Source: an uncultured Holophagales bacterium (GTDB lineage Bacteria > Acidobacteriota > Thermoanaerobaculia > Multivoradales > UBA5704). Taken from it: DNA of 64,000 bases. A model generated the notes under the pieces. It ran no database searches. It saw nothing but the letters and a program-made list of their open reading frames with translations, and had not been told where the DNA came from. The stretch covers positions 32,001 through 96,000 of the forward strand of contig CAWJGT010000006.1 in NCBI GenBank assembly GCA_963842525.1, read 5' to 3'. Below are positions 51,755-62,300 of the stretch, piece after piece. Position 1 is the stretch's first letter. Each line of letters starts with the position of its first letter. The translations under genes were made by a program, and so were the position numbers.

Positions 51755-54700
51755 GTGACCGATCTCTCTTCCCGCCTGGCCGAGCCTCCCCCAAGAAGCG
51801 GGAGCTTCTCCTGCGCCAGCTCGACAAGAAACGGCAGGCGCCGGCCGGACTGGAGCGCATCCCGCGCCAGCCGCGAACCACGAACCGGTTCCCGGTCTCG
51901 TTCTCCCAGCTCCGCGAGTGGATCCTCGACCAGCTCGAGCCGGGCTCGGCCGCCTACAACATTCCGGGTGGATCGCACGTCCGCGGCCCGTTCGACGTGG
52001 GGGTGCTCGCCGCCGTGGTCCAGGAGATCGTACGGCGGCACGAGTCGCTACGGACGACGTTCGCGGCCACCGAGGGGGAGCCGGTGCAGGTGATCGCGCC
52101 GGAGCTGCGCTTGGAGGTCCCGGTGATCGACCTCGCGGCGCTGCCCGAGGCCGTGCGGGAGGCCGAGGCCCAGCGCCTGATCCTCTTCGAGGAGCGCCTT
52201 CCGCTCGACCTCGCCCGGGGGCCGCTGCTCCGGGTCTCGGTGCTGCGCCATGCGGAGCGGAGGCATGCGGTGCGCTTCACCATGCACCACATCGTCTCGG
52301 ACGGCTGGTCGGTCAACATCTTCTTCCGCGAGCTGGTGACGCTGTACGGCGCCTTTGCCGACGGCCTCCCCTCGCCGCTGCCGGAGCTGCCGGTGCAGTA
52401 TGCCGACTTCGTCGTGTGGCAGCGCGGCTGGCTCCAGGGTGAGGTGCTCGAGCGGCACCTCGACTACTGGCGGCGCCAGCTCGACGGGGCCCCGCCGCTC
52501 CTGGCACTGCCCACGGACCGCCCGCGCCCGCCGGTCCAGACGCTCCGGGGTGGCCACCGCCGGATCGTCATCCCCGCCGGGACCACCCAGTCGCTACGGA
52601 CCTTGGGGCAGCGGGAGGGGGCGAGCCTCTTCATGGTGCTCGCCGCCGCCTTGACGGCGCTGCTCGCCCGCTACAGCGGCCAGGACGACGTGTCGCTCGG
52701 CACCTACAGCGGCAACCGCGGGCGCGCCGAGCTCGAAGGGCTGATCGGCTTCTTCATCAGCACGCTGGTCCTGCGGACGGACCTGTCCGACGGCCCCGGC
52801 TTCCGCACCCTGGTGCAGCGGATGCGGGAGACCGCCCTGGGCGCGTTCTCCCACCAGGACCTCCCGTTCGAGAAGCTGCTCGAGACGCTCAAGGTGGAGC
52901 GGGACCTCTCGCATACGCCACTCTTCCAGGTGCACTTCCTGCTGCAGAACTTCCCGAGCCAGACGGTGGACGACGACCTCCCCGATTCGGATCTCGACCT
53001 GCGGCCTGCCATGAATGCCAATGACCATGCCAACTACGACCTCTCCTTCGAGCTCTCCGAGGCGGAGGACGAGGTGCGCGGCACGGTACAGCACAACCTC
53101 GTCCTGTTCGAGCCGGCGACCGTTGATCGGATGATTCGGCACCTCCTGGCGCTGGCCGCTGCGGCGGTGCGCGAACCCGAGGCGCCGATCCACGAGCTGC
53201 CTTTGCTCGATCCGGCGGAGCGCCGGCAGCTCCTGGTGGACTGGAGCGGAGCTTCGGTCTCGCCGGCTCCGGAGGCGCCGGTCCACGAGCTCGTCGCGCG
53301 CCGCGCGGCGGAGATGCCGGGAGAGGTGGCGGTGGAGGCCGGCGACCGTCAATGGACCTACAGGGAGCTGGCGGATCGGGCAAGCAAGCTGGCGCAGCAT
53401 CTGCGCCGCCTGGGGGTGATGCCGGAGGTGCGGGTGGGGATCGTCGCCGAGCGCTCGCCCGAGCTGCTCGCCGGGATGCTCGCGGTCCTCGCGGCCGGCG
53501 GCGCCTACGTGCCGCTCGATCCCGGGCATCCCGAGGACCGGCTCGCCTGGATGCTGGAGGACGCCGGGATTCCCTTCCTGCTGACCCGGGGCGCGACGCC
53601 GGCCTGGGCCGGGAGCGCGCAGGCGATCTCTCTCGACGGAGGCGCCTGGGAGGACGAGGAGACATCGCCGCCGAGTTTTCCCATCGATCCCGGGAGCGCC
53701 GCTTATCTGATCTACACGTCCGGCTCGACGGGGCAGCCCAAGGGGGTCGTGGTCGAGCACCGGTCGCTGGCCGCCTATGCGCGGGACGCCGCGGCCGTCT
53801 ATGGCATCGGGCCGGGCGACCGCGTCCTCCAGTTTGCCTCTCTCGGCTTCGATACCAGCGCGGAGGAGATCTGGCCCGCCCTGGCGCGCGGCGCCACGCT
53901 GGTGCTCCGCAGTGACCAGATGATCGCTTCGCCCGAGCGCTTCGCCGCGGAGCTGGGGCGCCTGGGGATCACCGTGCTCAACCTGCCCACCGCGTACTGG
54001 CACGAGCTGGCGGCGGGCCTGGACGGCCAGCCGCTGCCGGAGGCCCTGCGGCTGGTGGTGATCGGCGGCGAGAAGGCCCTCGCCGAGCGGCTGGACCTCT
54101 GGCGAGAAAGCACAGGGGCGCGGCTGGTCAACACCTACGGGCCGACGGAGGCGACGATCGTCTCCACGCGCCGCGAGATCGGTCCCGGGGAGGATCTCGC
54201 CGAGATCCCGCTCGGCCGGCCGATCGCGGGATCTCGGGTGCATGTCGTCGACCGGCGGCTGCAGGCCGTGCCGCAGGGGGTGATCGGCGAGCTGCTGGTC
54301 GGCGGCGCGGGGCTGGCCCGCGGCTATCTCGGCCGGCCCGGGCTGACGGCGGCGGCATTCGTCCCCGACCCGTTCGGGAACGATCCGGGGGCGCGGCTCT
54401 ACCGGACCGGCGACCTGGCGCGCTTCCTGCCGGCCGGCGAGCTGGAATTCCTGGGGCGGATCGACCGCCAGGTCAAGGTCCGCGGTTTCCGCGTCGAGCC
54501 CGGCGAGATCGAGAGCGTGCTCTCCGGACACCCGGGGCTGCACGCCGCCGCGGTAGACGTGCGGCCGGGGCCGTCCGGTGCGCTCCGGCTGATCGCCTGG
54601 GTGGTGCCGGCAGGCGGGCCGCCCACCTCCGGTGAGCTGCGCCGCCATCTGGCCGGCCGCCTCCCTGAGCCGCTTCTGCCTTCGGTCTTCGTGACGGTGG

Positions 54701-55071
54701 ACGCCCTGCCGCTCAACCGCTCCGGCAAGGTCGACCGCGACGCCCTGCCCGATCCCGAGGGAGACCGGCCGCACCTGGAGCACGAATACCTGGCGCCCGA
54801 GGGACCGGTCGAGGAGGCGCTTGCCGCCATCTGGGCCGAGGTCCTGGGCGTCGCTCGTGTCGGCGTGCAGGACAACTTCTTCGAGCTGGGCGGCCACTCG
54901 CTCCTGGCGACGCAGGTCGTCGCCCGCATCCGCGAGCGCCTGAAGATCGACCTCCAGCTCATCTCGCTCTTCCAGATGCCGACCGTCGAGCAGCTCGCCG
55001 TGGTGGTCGAGGAGGCGGTCCTCGACCGGCTGGAGGCGCTGGGCGAGGAGGAAGTGAGGGAGCTGCTGTGA
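51755..55071 (+). CDS. NRPS module C-A-PCP (frameshift near 51785)
   Basis: GTG 51755 after AAGGAG; HHIVSDGWS, YTSGSTGQPKG, YGPTE, YRTGD, NRSGKVDR, FFELGGHSL. Confidence 0.9.
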
Positions 55072-58000
55072 GGCCTCACCCCCAGGCGGAGGCGTCCGTG
55101 ACGCAAGCTGGCCTTCGCGAGATGTTGACTGCCCGGCTGGCTGCCCGGCTGGAGATCGATCCGTCGGAGATCGATCCTCGGGAGTCGTTCCACAGCTACG
55201 GGCTGGACTCGGCCGGGGCCGTGAGGCTCATCGACGAGCTGTCCGCCGAGTTGGGGCGGACGCTGTCGCCGACGCTGGTGTGGGCCTATCCGACAGTCGG
55301 GGAGCTGGCGCGGCATCTCTCGGCCGGAGAGAGCGCTCCGGTCCGGACGGCGGCTCGGGTCCAGGCTCGCCGTTCGGTCGACGAGCCGATCGCCATCGTG
55401 GGCCTGGCCTGCCGCTTCCCGGGAGCGCCCGACCTCCAGGCCTTCTGGCGGATGCTCTGCGACGGGGTGGACGCCACAGGTCCGATCCCTCCGGACCGCT
55501 GGGATGCCGAGGCCTGGTACCACCCCGATCCGGAGACGCCGGGCACCATCAACACCCGCCGCGGCGCCTTCCTGGACCGCATCGACGAATTCGATCCCCT
55601 CTTTTTCGGCATCTCCCCCCGGGAGGCCGCGGAGATGGACCCCCAGCAGCGGCTCATGCTGGAGCTGGCGTGGGAGGCCCTGGAGGACGCCGGCATCCCG
55701 CCCCGCTCGCTGGCCGGGACGCGGACGGGCGTCTTCGTCGGCGTCGTCGCCCACGACTATGCCGAGGCCCGGCGGACCCACGGAGGGCCCCCCATCTCCC
55801 ACACCGGGCCGGGCACGTCCCTGAGCATCGTCCCCAACCGGGTCTCCTACCTCCTGGGGCTGCGCGGCCCCAGCCTGGCGGTGGACACCGCCTGCTCGTC
55901 GTCCCTGGTGGCGGTCCACCTGGCCTGCCGGAGCCTCCGGGACGGCGAGTCGGCCGTGGCCCTTGCCGCGGGGATCAACCTGGTGCTGATCCCCGGGCTC
56001 ACCGCCGAGCTGACCAAGTTCGGCCTCTCCGGCGACGGCCGCTGCAAGGCCTTCGATGCCCGGGCGGACGGCTTCGGCCGCGGCGAGGGGGGCGGGGTGG
56101 CCGTGCTCAAGCCCCTCTCCCGCGCCTTGGCCGACGGCGACCGCGTCTACTGCCTGATCCGCGGCGGCGCGGTGAACAACGACGGTGCCAGCAACGGCCT
56201 CACCGCCCCGAGCCCCCAGGCGCAGGTGGAGGTGCTCCAGGAGGCCTATGCCCGGGCGGGGATCGACCCGCGCCGGGTCCACTATGTGGAGGCCCACGGC
56301 ACGGGCACGCCGCTGGGCGATCCCATCGAGGCCCGGGCCCTGGCCACGATCCTGTGCGCCGACCGCGATCCGTCCCGTCCCCTGGCGATCGGATCGGTGA
56401 AGACCAACATCGCCCACCAGGAGTCGGCCGCCGGCATCGCCGGGCTGATCAAGCTGGCCCTGGCGATCCACCACCGGGCCATCCCTCCCAGCCTGTGCTT
56501 CGAGGCTCCCAACCCGGACATTCCCTTCGAGGAGCTGCGCCTGCGTCTCCAGGCCGCCCTCGGGCCCTGGCCCGCCTGGGAGGACAAACCGGAGCCCGCG
56601 GTGGGGGGAGTCAGCTCTTTTGGATGGGGCGGCACGAACTGCCACGTGGTGCTGGAGGAGCTGCGGGACCCTCACCCCCCTGGCCCCCCTCTCCCATCCG
56701 CACTCCCTTCCCCCGGGAGAGGGGGGGACAAAGACAAAGACAAAGAAGAAGAGATCCTGAGCAGGAGGAGTTTTTCTCCCCTCTCCCGGGGGGCTGGGAG
56801 TGCGGATGGGAGAGGGGCCGGGGGTGAGGGCCGCCCGGTCTTCGTCTTCTCCGGCATGGGCTTCGAGTGGCCGGGGATGGGCCGTGACCTCCTGCGCTCC
56901 GAGCCCCTGTTCCGCGCCCGGCTGGAGCGCTGCGACGCCGTGGTGCGGTCTCTCGGCGGCTGGTCGATCCTGGAGGAGCTTTGGTCGGGCGGCGAGCGCT
57001 GGGGGGAGGCCGCGATGGCGGCGCCCCTGGTCGTCTCCTTCCAGATCGCGCTCTGCGACCTCTGGCGCTCCTGGGGCGTGGAGCCCGCGGCGGTGGTGGG
57101 GCACAGCCTCGGCGAGATGTCGGCGGCCTATGCGGCGGGCGTGCTCTCCCTGGAGGAGGCGGTCCGGGTCGCCTGGTGGTATGGCGCCTGCCTCCGGCCC
57201 ATCGACGGCCGGGGGGCCATGGGGGCGGTGGCGCTCCCCCCGGAGGCGGTCCGGGAGAGGATCGCCGCCCGGCCCGCCGGGCAGAACCGGCTGGAGATCT
57301 GCGCCTGCCTCAGCCCGACCTTGACGGTCGTGGCCGGCGAGGCCGCCGAGGTCGACGCCTTCCTGGCGCGGGTCAAGGCCGAGGGCTGCCGGTTCGCCGC
57401 CCGGGTGCCCGTCGCCATTGCGGGCCACACGTCCTGGGCGGAGCCCTGCCTGCCGGAGCTGGCAGAGGGCATCCGCGGCCTCGTGCCGCGCCGTCCCCGC
57501 CTGCCCCTGGCCTCCACCGTGGCCGGGGGTCCTCTGGACCGGCCCATGGACGTCGCGTACTGGCTGGACAACCTGCGCCGGCCGGTGCTCTTTTCCCAGG
57601 CGGTCGAGCACCTGCTGGCAGCCGGCCACGATCTGTTCCTGGAGGTCGATGCCGACCCGATCCTGGCCACGCCGCTGAAGCAGTGCTTCGCGGCTTCCGG
57701 CGTCGCCGCCACATGGCTCCCGTCCCTGCGCCGGGGAAAGGACAGCCGGACGGTGCTCCTCGCCTCCGCCTCTACCCTGGGCTCCGCCGGCCGGCCGGTG
57801 CGGGAAGAGCGGGCGGATCTCCTGCCCCTCTCGGCCCGCACGCCCGAGGCGCTGCGGGATCTGGCCCGGGCCACCGCCGGTCGGCTCCGCGAGCCGGAGG
57901 CCGCGGCCCTCGCCGACTTTGCCTGGACCGCCGCGGTGCGCCGCACCCACCACGAGCACCGTCTGGCCGCCGTGGGCCGCTCGTGGTCCGATCTGGCCGG

Positions 58001-59381
58001 GAATCTGGAGGCCTTCGCCCGCGGGGAGGAGATCCCCGGGATCGCCGCCGGTCGGAGCCGCCGGGAGCCGGAAGGCGTCGTCTTCGCCTTCTCCGGGCAG
58101 GGGCCGCAGTGGCAGGGGATGGGGAGGCAGCTCTGGGCGGACGAGCCGGTCTTCCGGGACGAGATGGAGCGCTGCGACGCGCTGTTTCGCTCCTGGCTCG
58201 GCGAGTCCCTCCTCGCCCGGCTGGAGCGGGACGAGGACGCCCTCGGCCACACGGAGCTGGCCCAGCCGGCCCTCTTCGCCCTGCAGGTCTCCCTCGCTGC
58301 TCTCTGGCGTTCCTGGGGAGTGACGCCCGGCACCGTGGTGGGCCACAGCGTGGGGGAGATCGCCGCGGCCCATGCCGCCGGCATCCTTTCGCTGGAGGAG
58401 GCGGTGCGGGTGGCGGCAGTGCGTGGCCGGGCGATGGAGCCGGCCCGTGGGAAGGGTGGGATGGTGGCAGTGGAGCTGCCGGAGGAGGAGGTCCGCGCGG
58501 CCCTGAAGGGGTATGGAGAGGATCGGCTCTGCGTGGCGGCCGTGAACAGCCCGGCGGCCGTGGCGGTGGCCGGCGAGCCTGCCGCGCTGGACGAGGTCGT
58601 CGCGTCGCTCCAGGCGCGTGGCGTGACCTGCCGCCGTCTGCGACTCGAGTACGCCTTCCACAGCCCGGGGATGGAGCCGTACGGCCGGGAGGTGGAGGCC
58701 GCGCTGACCGACCTCCGGCCGCGGCCGGCCGCGATCCCCATGATCTCCTCCGTGACCGGAGCCGCCGTGGCGGGGCCGGAATTGGACGGTTCCTATTGGC
58801 GGGAGAACGTCCGGCAGCCAGTCCGTTTTGCCGACGCAGTCGGCGTTCTGGCGGACCGAACAGTCTTCCTGGAGATCGGCCCTCATCCGGTGCTCGCGGT
58901 GGCGATCTCCCAGTGTCTGGAACATGCGGCTGTGTTGACATCTCTCCGCCGCGGCCGGGACGAGCGGGAGACGATGCTCGAAGCGCTGGGGTCGCTGTAC
59001 ACGATCGGCCACCCGATCGATTGGGCCGGGGTCTTCCCCGACGGCGGCCGGCTCGTGCGGCTGCCGACGTATCCGTTCCAGCGGCAGCGGTATTGGTTTG
59101 AGGTCACGCCGCCGCCCACTCACCCCGGGTTGACACCCGGGGCTACCCAGTTCCGCCCTCCGGGCTCTGGAATCCTCGGCCCTCCCGAGCCCGGAGGGCG
59201 CCATTCGGTAGCCCAGGGTGTGAACCCTGGGCGAGGGCGCGTGGCGTCTCCCCTTCAGTTAGCGCCTATGGGGCCAGGGGGTGAGGCCGAGCAGGTCCTC
59301 GCCTGGCAGCTCGACGCCTTCCAGCGCATGGTCGCCCTCCAGCTCGACGCGCTCCAGCAGGCCAGCGACGAAAGCCTCTGA
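55068..59381 (+). CDS. Type I PKS, ACP-KS-AT-AT
   Basis: GLDS ACP; DTACSSS, HGTGT, NIAHQE KS; AT1 GHSLGE, AT2 GHSVGE/YAFH; no C-terminal ACP. Confidence 0.9.
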   Translation: MRPHPQAEASVTQAGLREMLTARLAARLEIDPSEIDPRESFHSYGLDSAGAVRLIDELSAELGRTLSPTLVWAYPTVGELARHLSAGESAPVRTAARVQARRSVDEPIAIVGLACRFPGAPDLQAFWRMLCDGVDATGPIPPDRWDAEAWYHPDPETPGTINTRRGAFLDRIDEFDPLFFGISPREAAEMDPQQRLMLELAWEALEDAGIPPRSLAGTRTGVFVGVVAHDYAEARRTHGGPPISHTGPGTSLSIVPNRVSYLLGLRGPSLAVDTACSSSLVAVHLACRSLRDGESAVALAAGINLVLIPGLTAELTKFGLSGDGRCKAFDARADGFGRGEGGGVAVLKPLSRALADGDRVYCLIRGGAVNNDGASNGLTAPSPQAQVEVLQEAYARAGIDPRRVHYVEAHGTGTPLGDPIEARALATILCADRDPSRPLAIGSVKTNIAHQESAAGIAGLIKLALAIHHRAIPPSLCFEAPNPDIPFEELRLRLQAALGPWPAWEDKPEPAVGGVSSFGWGGTNCHVVLEELRDPHPPGPPLPSALPSPGRGGDKDKDKEEEILSRRSFSPLSRGAGSADGRGAGGEGRPVFVFSGMGFEWPGMGRDLLRSEPLFRARLERCDAVVRSLGGWSILEELWSGGERWGEAAMAAPLVVSFQIALCDLWRSWGVEPAAVVGHSLGEMSAAYAAGVLSLEEAVRVAWWYGACLRPIDGRGAMGAVALPPEAVRERIAARPAGQNRLEICACLSPTLTVVAGEAAEVDAFLARVKAEGCRFAARVPVAIAGHTSWAEPCLPELAEGIRGLVPRRPRLPLASTVAGGPLDRPMDVAYWLDNLRRPVLFSQAVEHLLAAGHDLFLEVDADPILATPLKQCFAASGVAATWLPSLRRGKDSRTVLLASASTLGSAGRPVREERADLLPLSARTPEALRDLARATAGRLREPEAAALADFAWTAAVRRTHHEHRLAAVGRSWSDLAGNLEAFARGEEIPGIAAGRSRREPEGVVFAFSGQGPQWQGMGRQLWADEPVFRDEMERCDALFRSWLGESLLARLERDEDALGHTELAQPALFALQVSLAALWRSWGVTPGTVVGHSVGEIAAAHAAGILSLEEAVRVAAVRGRAMEPARGKGGMVAVELPEEEVRAALKGYGEDRLCVAAVNSPAAVAVAGEPAALDEVVASLQARGVTCRRLRLEYAFHSPGMEPYGREVEAALTDLRPRPAAIPMISSVTGAAVAGPELDGSYWRENVRQPVRFADAVGVLADRTVFLEIGPHPVLAVAISQCLEHAAVLTSLRRGRDERETMLEALGSLYTIGHPIDWAGVFPDGGRLVRLPTYPFQRQRYWFEVTPPPTHPGLTPGATQFRPPGSGILGPPEPGGRHSVAQGVNPGRGRVASPLQLAPMGPGGEAEQVLAWQLDAFQRMVALQLDALQQASDESL
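56669..56830. repeat. Family A composite inverted pair, in-frame between KS and AT1
   Basis: Translated PHPPGPPLPSALPSPGRGG...FSPLSRGAGSADGRGAGGEG. Shares arms and the GATCCTGAG spacer motif with 19364-19513. Confidence 0.9.
59121..59238. repeat. Family B inverted pair, in-frame in the PKS C-terminal tail
   Basis: CCCCGGGTTGACACCCGGGGCTAC...CGCCCTCCGGGCT followed by the inverted AGCCCGGAGGGCG...GTAGCCCAGGGTGTGAACCCTGGG. Confidence 0.85.
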
Positions 59382-62300
59382 TGCAGGAGACTCGGTTCAT
59401 GTCCCAGCCCTCTCCTTCCATCCGCCACGACCGCATCGCAGCGACCCTCCAGGGGATCGTCGGCCGGGTGCTCCGCATCGAGCCGCAGGAGATCGATATC
59501 GAGGCCCCGTTCCTGGAGCTGGGCGCCGACTCTCTCGCACTGGTCGAGGCGCTGCGCGGCCTCCAGGAGGCGTTCGGGGTCAAGCTGACGATCCGCCAGC
59601 TCTTCGAGCAGTTCCCGTCGATCGAGGCGCTGGCGAGCTTCCTGGACCAGACGCTGCCGGCGGACCCTCACCCCCTTGATCCCCCTCTCCCAACCGCACT
59701 CCCTTTCCCCGGGAGAGGGGGAGAAAAACCAGGACAGGCGAGCCCCGAACGGGGCGCAGGCATAAAGCCTGGGGTTTCAACCCCAGGGATCGCCCCGTCC
59801 CCATCTCCAAGCCCCGAAGGGGCGCAGGCCTGGGCTCCGCCGCCCATCCTCCCCTCGGTCGGCGCCTCGGCCGTGGAGCGGGTGTTCGGGATGCAGATCC
59901 AGGCGTTCAACCAGCTCGTGGCGCAGCAGCTCCAGATGCTTGGCGCTCGCGGCACGGATCCGGCTGTCGCGGCTCCACCTGTTGCGTCCGCCCCATCCCC
60001 ACCCCCCGAGGCCCCCGCTGCGCGGCCGGTCCTGCCGACCTTCCTGGGCAAGGCGGCGGGGGCTCCTGCGGCGGACCTGTCGGAGCGCCAGCAGAAGCAC
60101 TTGGATGCCCTGATCGAGCGCTACTGCCGCAAGACCGCAAAGTCCAAGGAGCTGACCCAGAAATACCGGCCGTGGCTGGCGGACAGCCGGGCCACCGTGG
60201 GCTTCCGGGCGGCTTCCAAGGAGATGCTCTACCCCCTGGCGCGGGCACGGGCCAGGGGCTCTCGGATCGTGGACATCGACGGTAACGAGTACGTAGACGT
60301 CACCATGGGCATGGGAGTCCATCTCTTCGGCCACCAGCCGGATTGGCTGCAGCCGACGATCGAGCACCAGGTGCGGGAGGGGTTCGAGCTGGGGCCGCGC
60401 TCGGCGAACTCGGGCGAGGTGGCGGCGCTCTTCTGCGAGCTCACGGGCATGGAGCGTGCCGCCTTCACCAACTCGGGCACCGAGGCGTGCATGACCGCCA
60501 TCCGCCTGGCTCGGGCGCGCACCGGCCGCAGCCGGATCGCCATGTTCGCCGGCTCCTACCACGGCCACTCCGACGGCACCCTGGCCCAGACCCGGGAGGT
60601 GGACGGCGAGCTGCTCTCCTTCCCCGTGGCGCCGGGCGTTCCGCCGAAGGTGGCCGAGGACGTCCTGGTCCTGGACTACGGCTCGGACCGGGCCCTGGAG
60701 GTCATCCGCCGGCACCAGAGCGAGCTCGCCGCCGTGATCGTCGAGCCCATCCAGAGCCGCCGGCCCGACCTCCAGCCGCGCGAATTCCTCCACGAGCTGC
60801 GGAGGATCACCGCGGAGAGCGGCATCGCCCTCATCTTCGACGAGATGATCACCGGCTTCCGCCTCCACCTCGGCGGCGCCCAGGCCTGGTTCGGTGTGCG
60901 TGCCGACCTGGCCACCTACGGCAAGGTGGTGGGGGGCGGCCTGCCCATCGGCGTGGTGGCCGGCTCGGCCGAGTACATGGACGGCATCGACGGCGGCATG
61001 TGGCAGTACGGCGACGCCTCCCGGCCGGAGCGGGACACCACCTTCTTCGGCGGCACCTTCTGCCAGCACCCCCTGGCCATGGCTGCGGCCAAGACCGTGC
61101 TCACGCACCTCAAGGAGCAGGGGCCCGGCCTCCAGGAGGGCCTCAACGCACGTACGTCCCGATTCGCCGCGCGGCTGAACGACTTCTTCACGGCGGACAA
61201 GGTTCCCATCCGCACCGCCCACGCCCATTCCATCTTCCGCTTCTCCTTCTCGGCCAACGCCGACCTCCTCTTCTACCACCTGGTGGAGAAGGGGGTGTAC
61301 GTCTGGGAGTGGCGCAACTGCTTCCTCTCGACGGCGCATACGGACGATGACCTGGATTTCGTGACGCGCGCGATCGAGGAGAGCGTCGAGGAGCTGCGCC
61401 GCGGCGGTTTCCTGCCGGACCGGCCCTCGGGACCGGGCGGCGGAGGAGGCCGTCCGGAGCCGGCGGCGGTCCCCGCCGGAGCCGGGACGTGGGAACGGCG
61501 GGGCATCAAGCCGGCCATCGCGCCCGCCGCGCCGGCGGCGAGCATGGCACCGGCGCCCCGGGGGACGGACCCGGACCGCGGCGTCCGCTTCGGCCTCTAT
61601 TTCTTCGGCAACTACGCGGCCGAGTTCCGGGCCGGCAAGTACGACCTGCTGATCGACACCGCGCGCTTCGCCGACCGCCACGGGTTCAACTCGATCTGGT
61701 TCCCCGAGCGGCACTTCCACCCGTTCGGCGGCCTGTCGCCCAACCCGTCGGTGCTCGCCGCGGCCCTGGCGCGGGAGACGGAGCGGATCGCCCTGCGGGC
61801 GGGCAGCGTCGTGCTCCCCCTCCACCACCCGGTGCGGGTGGCCGAGGAGTGGTCCCTGGTGGACAACCTGTCGGGCGGCCGCATCGGGCTCTCTTATGCC
61901 TCGGGCTGGCACCCCAACGACTTTGCCCTGGCGCCGGAGGCCTACGGCCGCCACAGGGATCTGATGTTCGAGCGGGCCGAGACCGTCCGCCGTCTGTGGC
62001 AGGGTGAGGCGGTCCGCCTGCGCGACGGCGCCGGCAAGGAGGTCGACCTGCGGATCTTCCCGCTGCCGTCGCGGCGTGACCTGCCGGTCTGGATCACCAT
62101 TGTCAACAACCCGGACACCTACCGCCTGGCCGGCGAGATGGGGGCCGGCGTGCTGACCAACCTGATGGGCCAGACGCCCGAGGGGCTGGGCGCCAACCTG
62201 GCCGTCTATCGGGAGGCCCTGGCAGGCGCCGGCCATCCGCCCGACCGGGGGCATGTGGCCCTGCTCCTCCACACCTTCCTCGACCCCGACGCCGGGCAGG

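Noticed and set aside
54399-59204. 1601-aa minus-strand ORF (likewise 37788-41252, 27461-30562, 59777-62815, 7463-9679)
   Set aside because: Antisense shadows of well-supported genes, expected at high GC; no motifs of their own.
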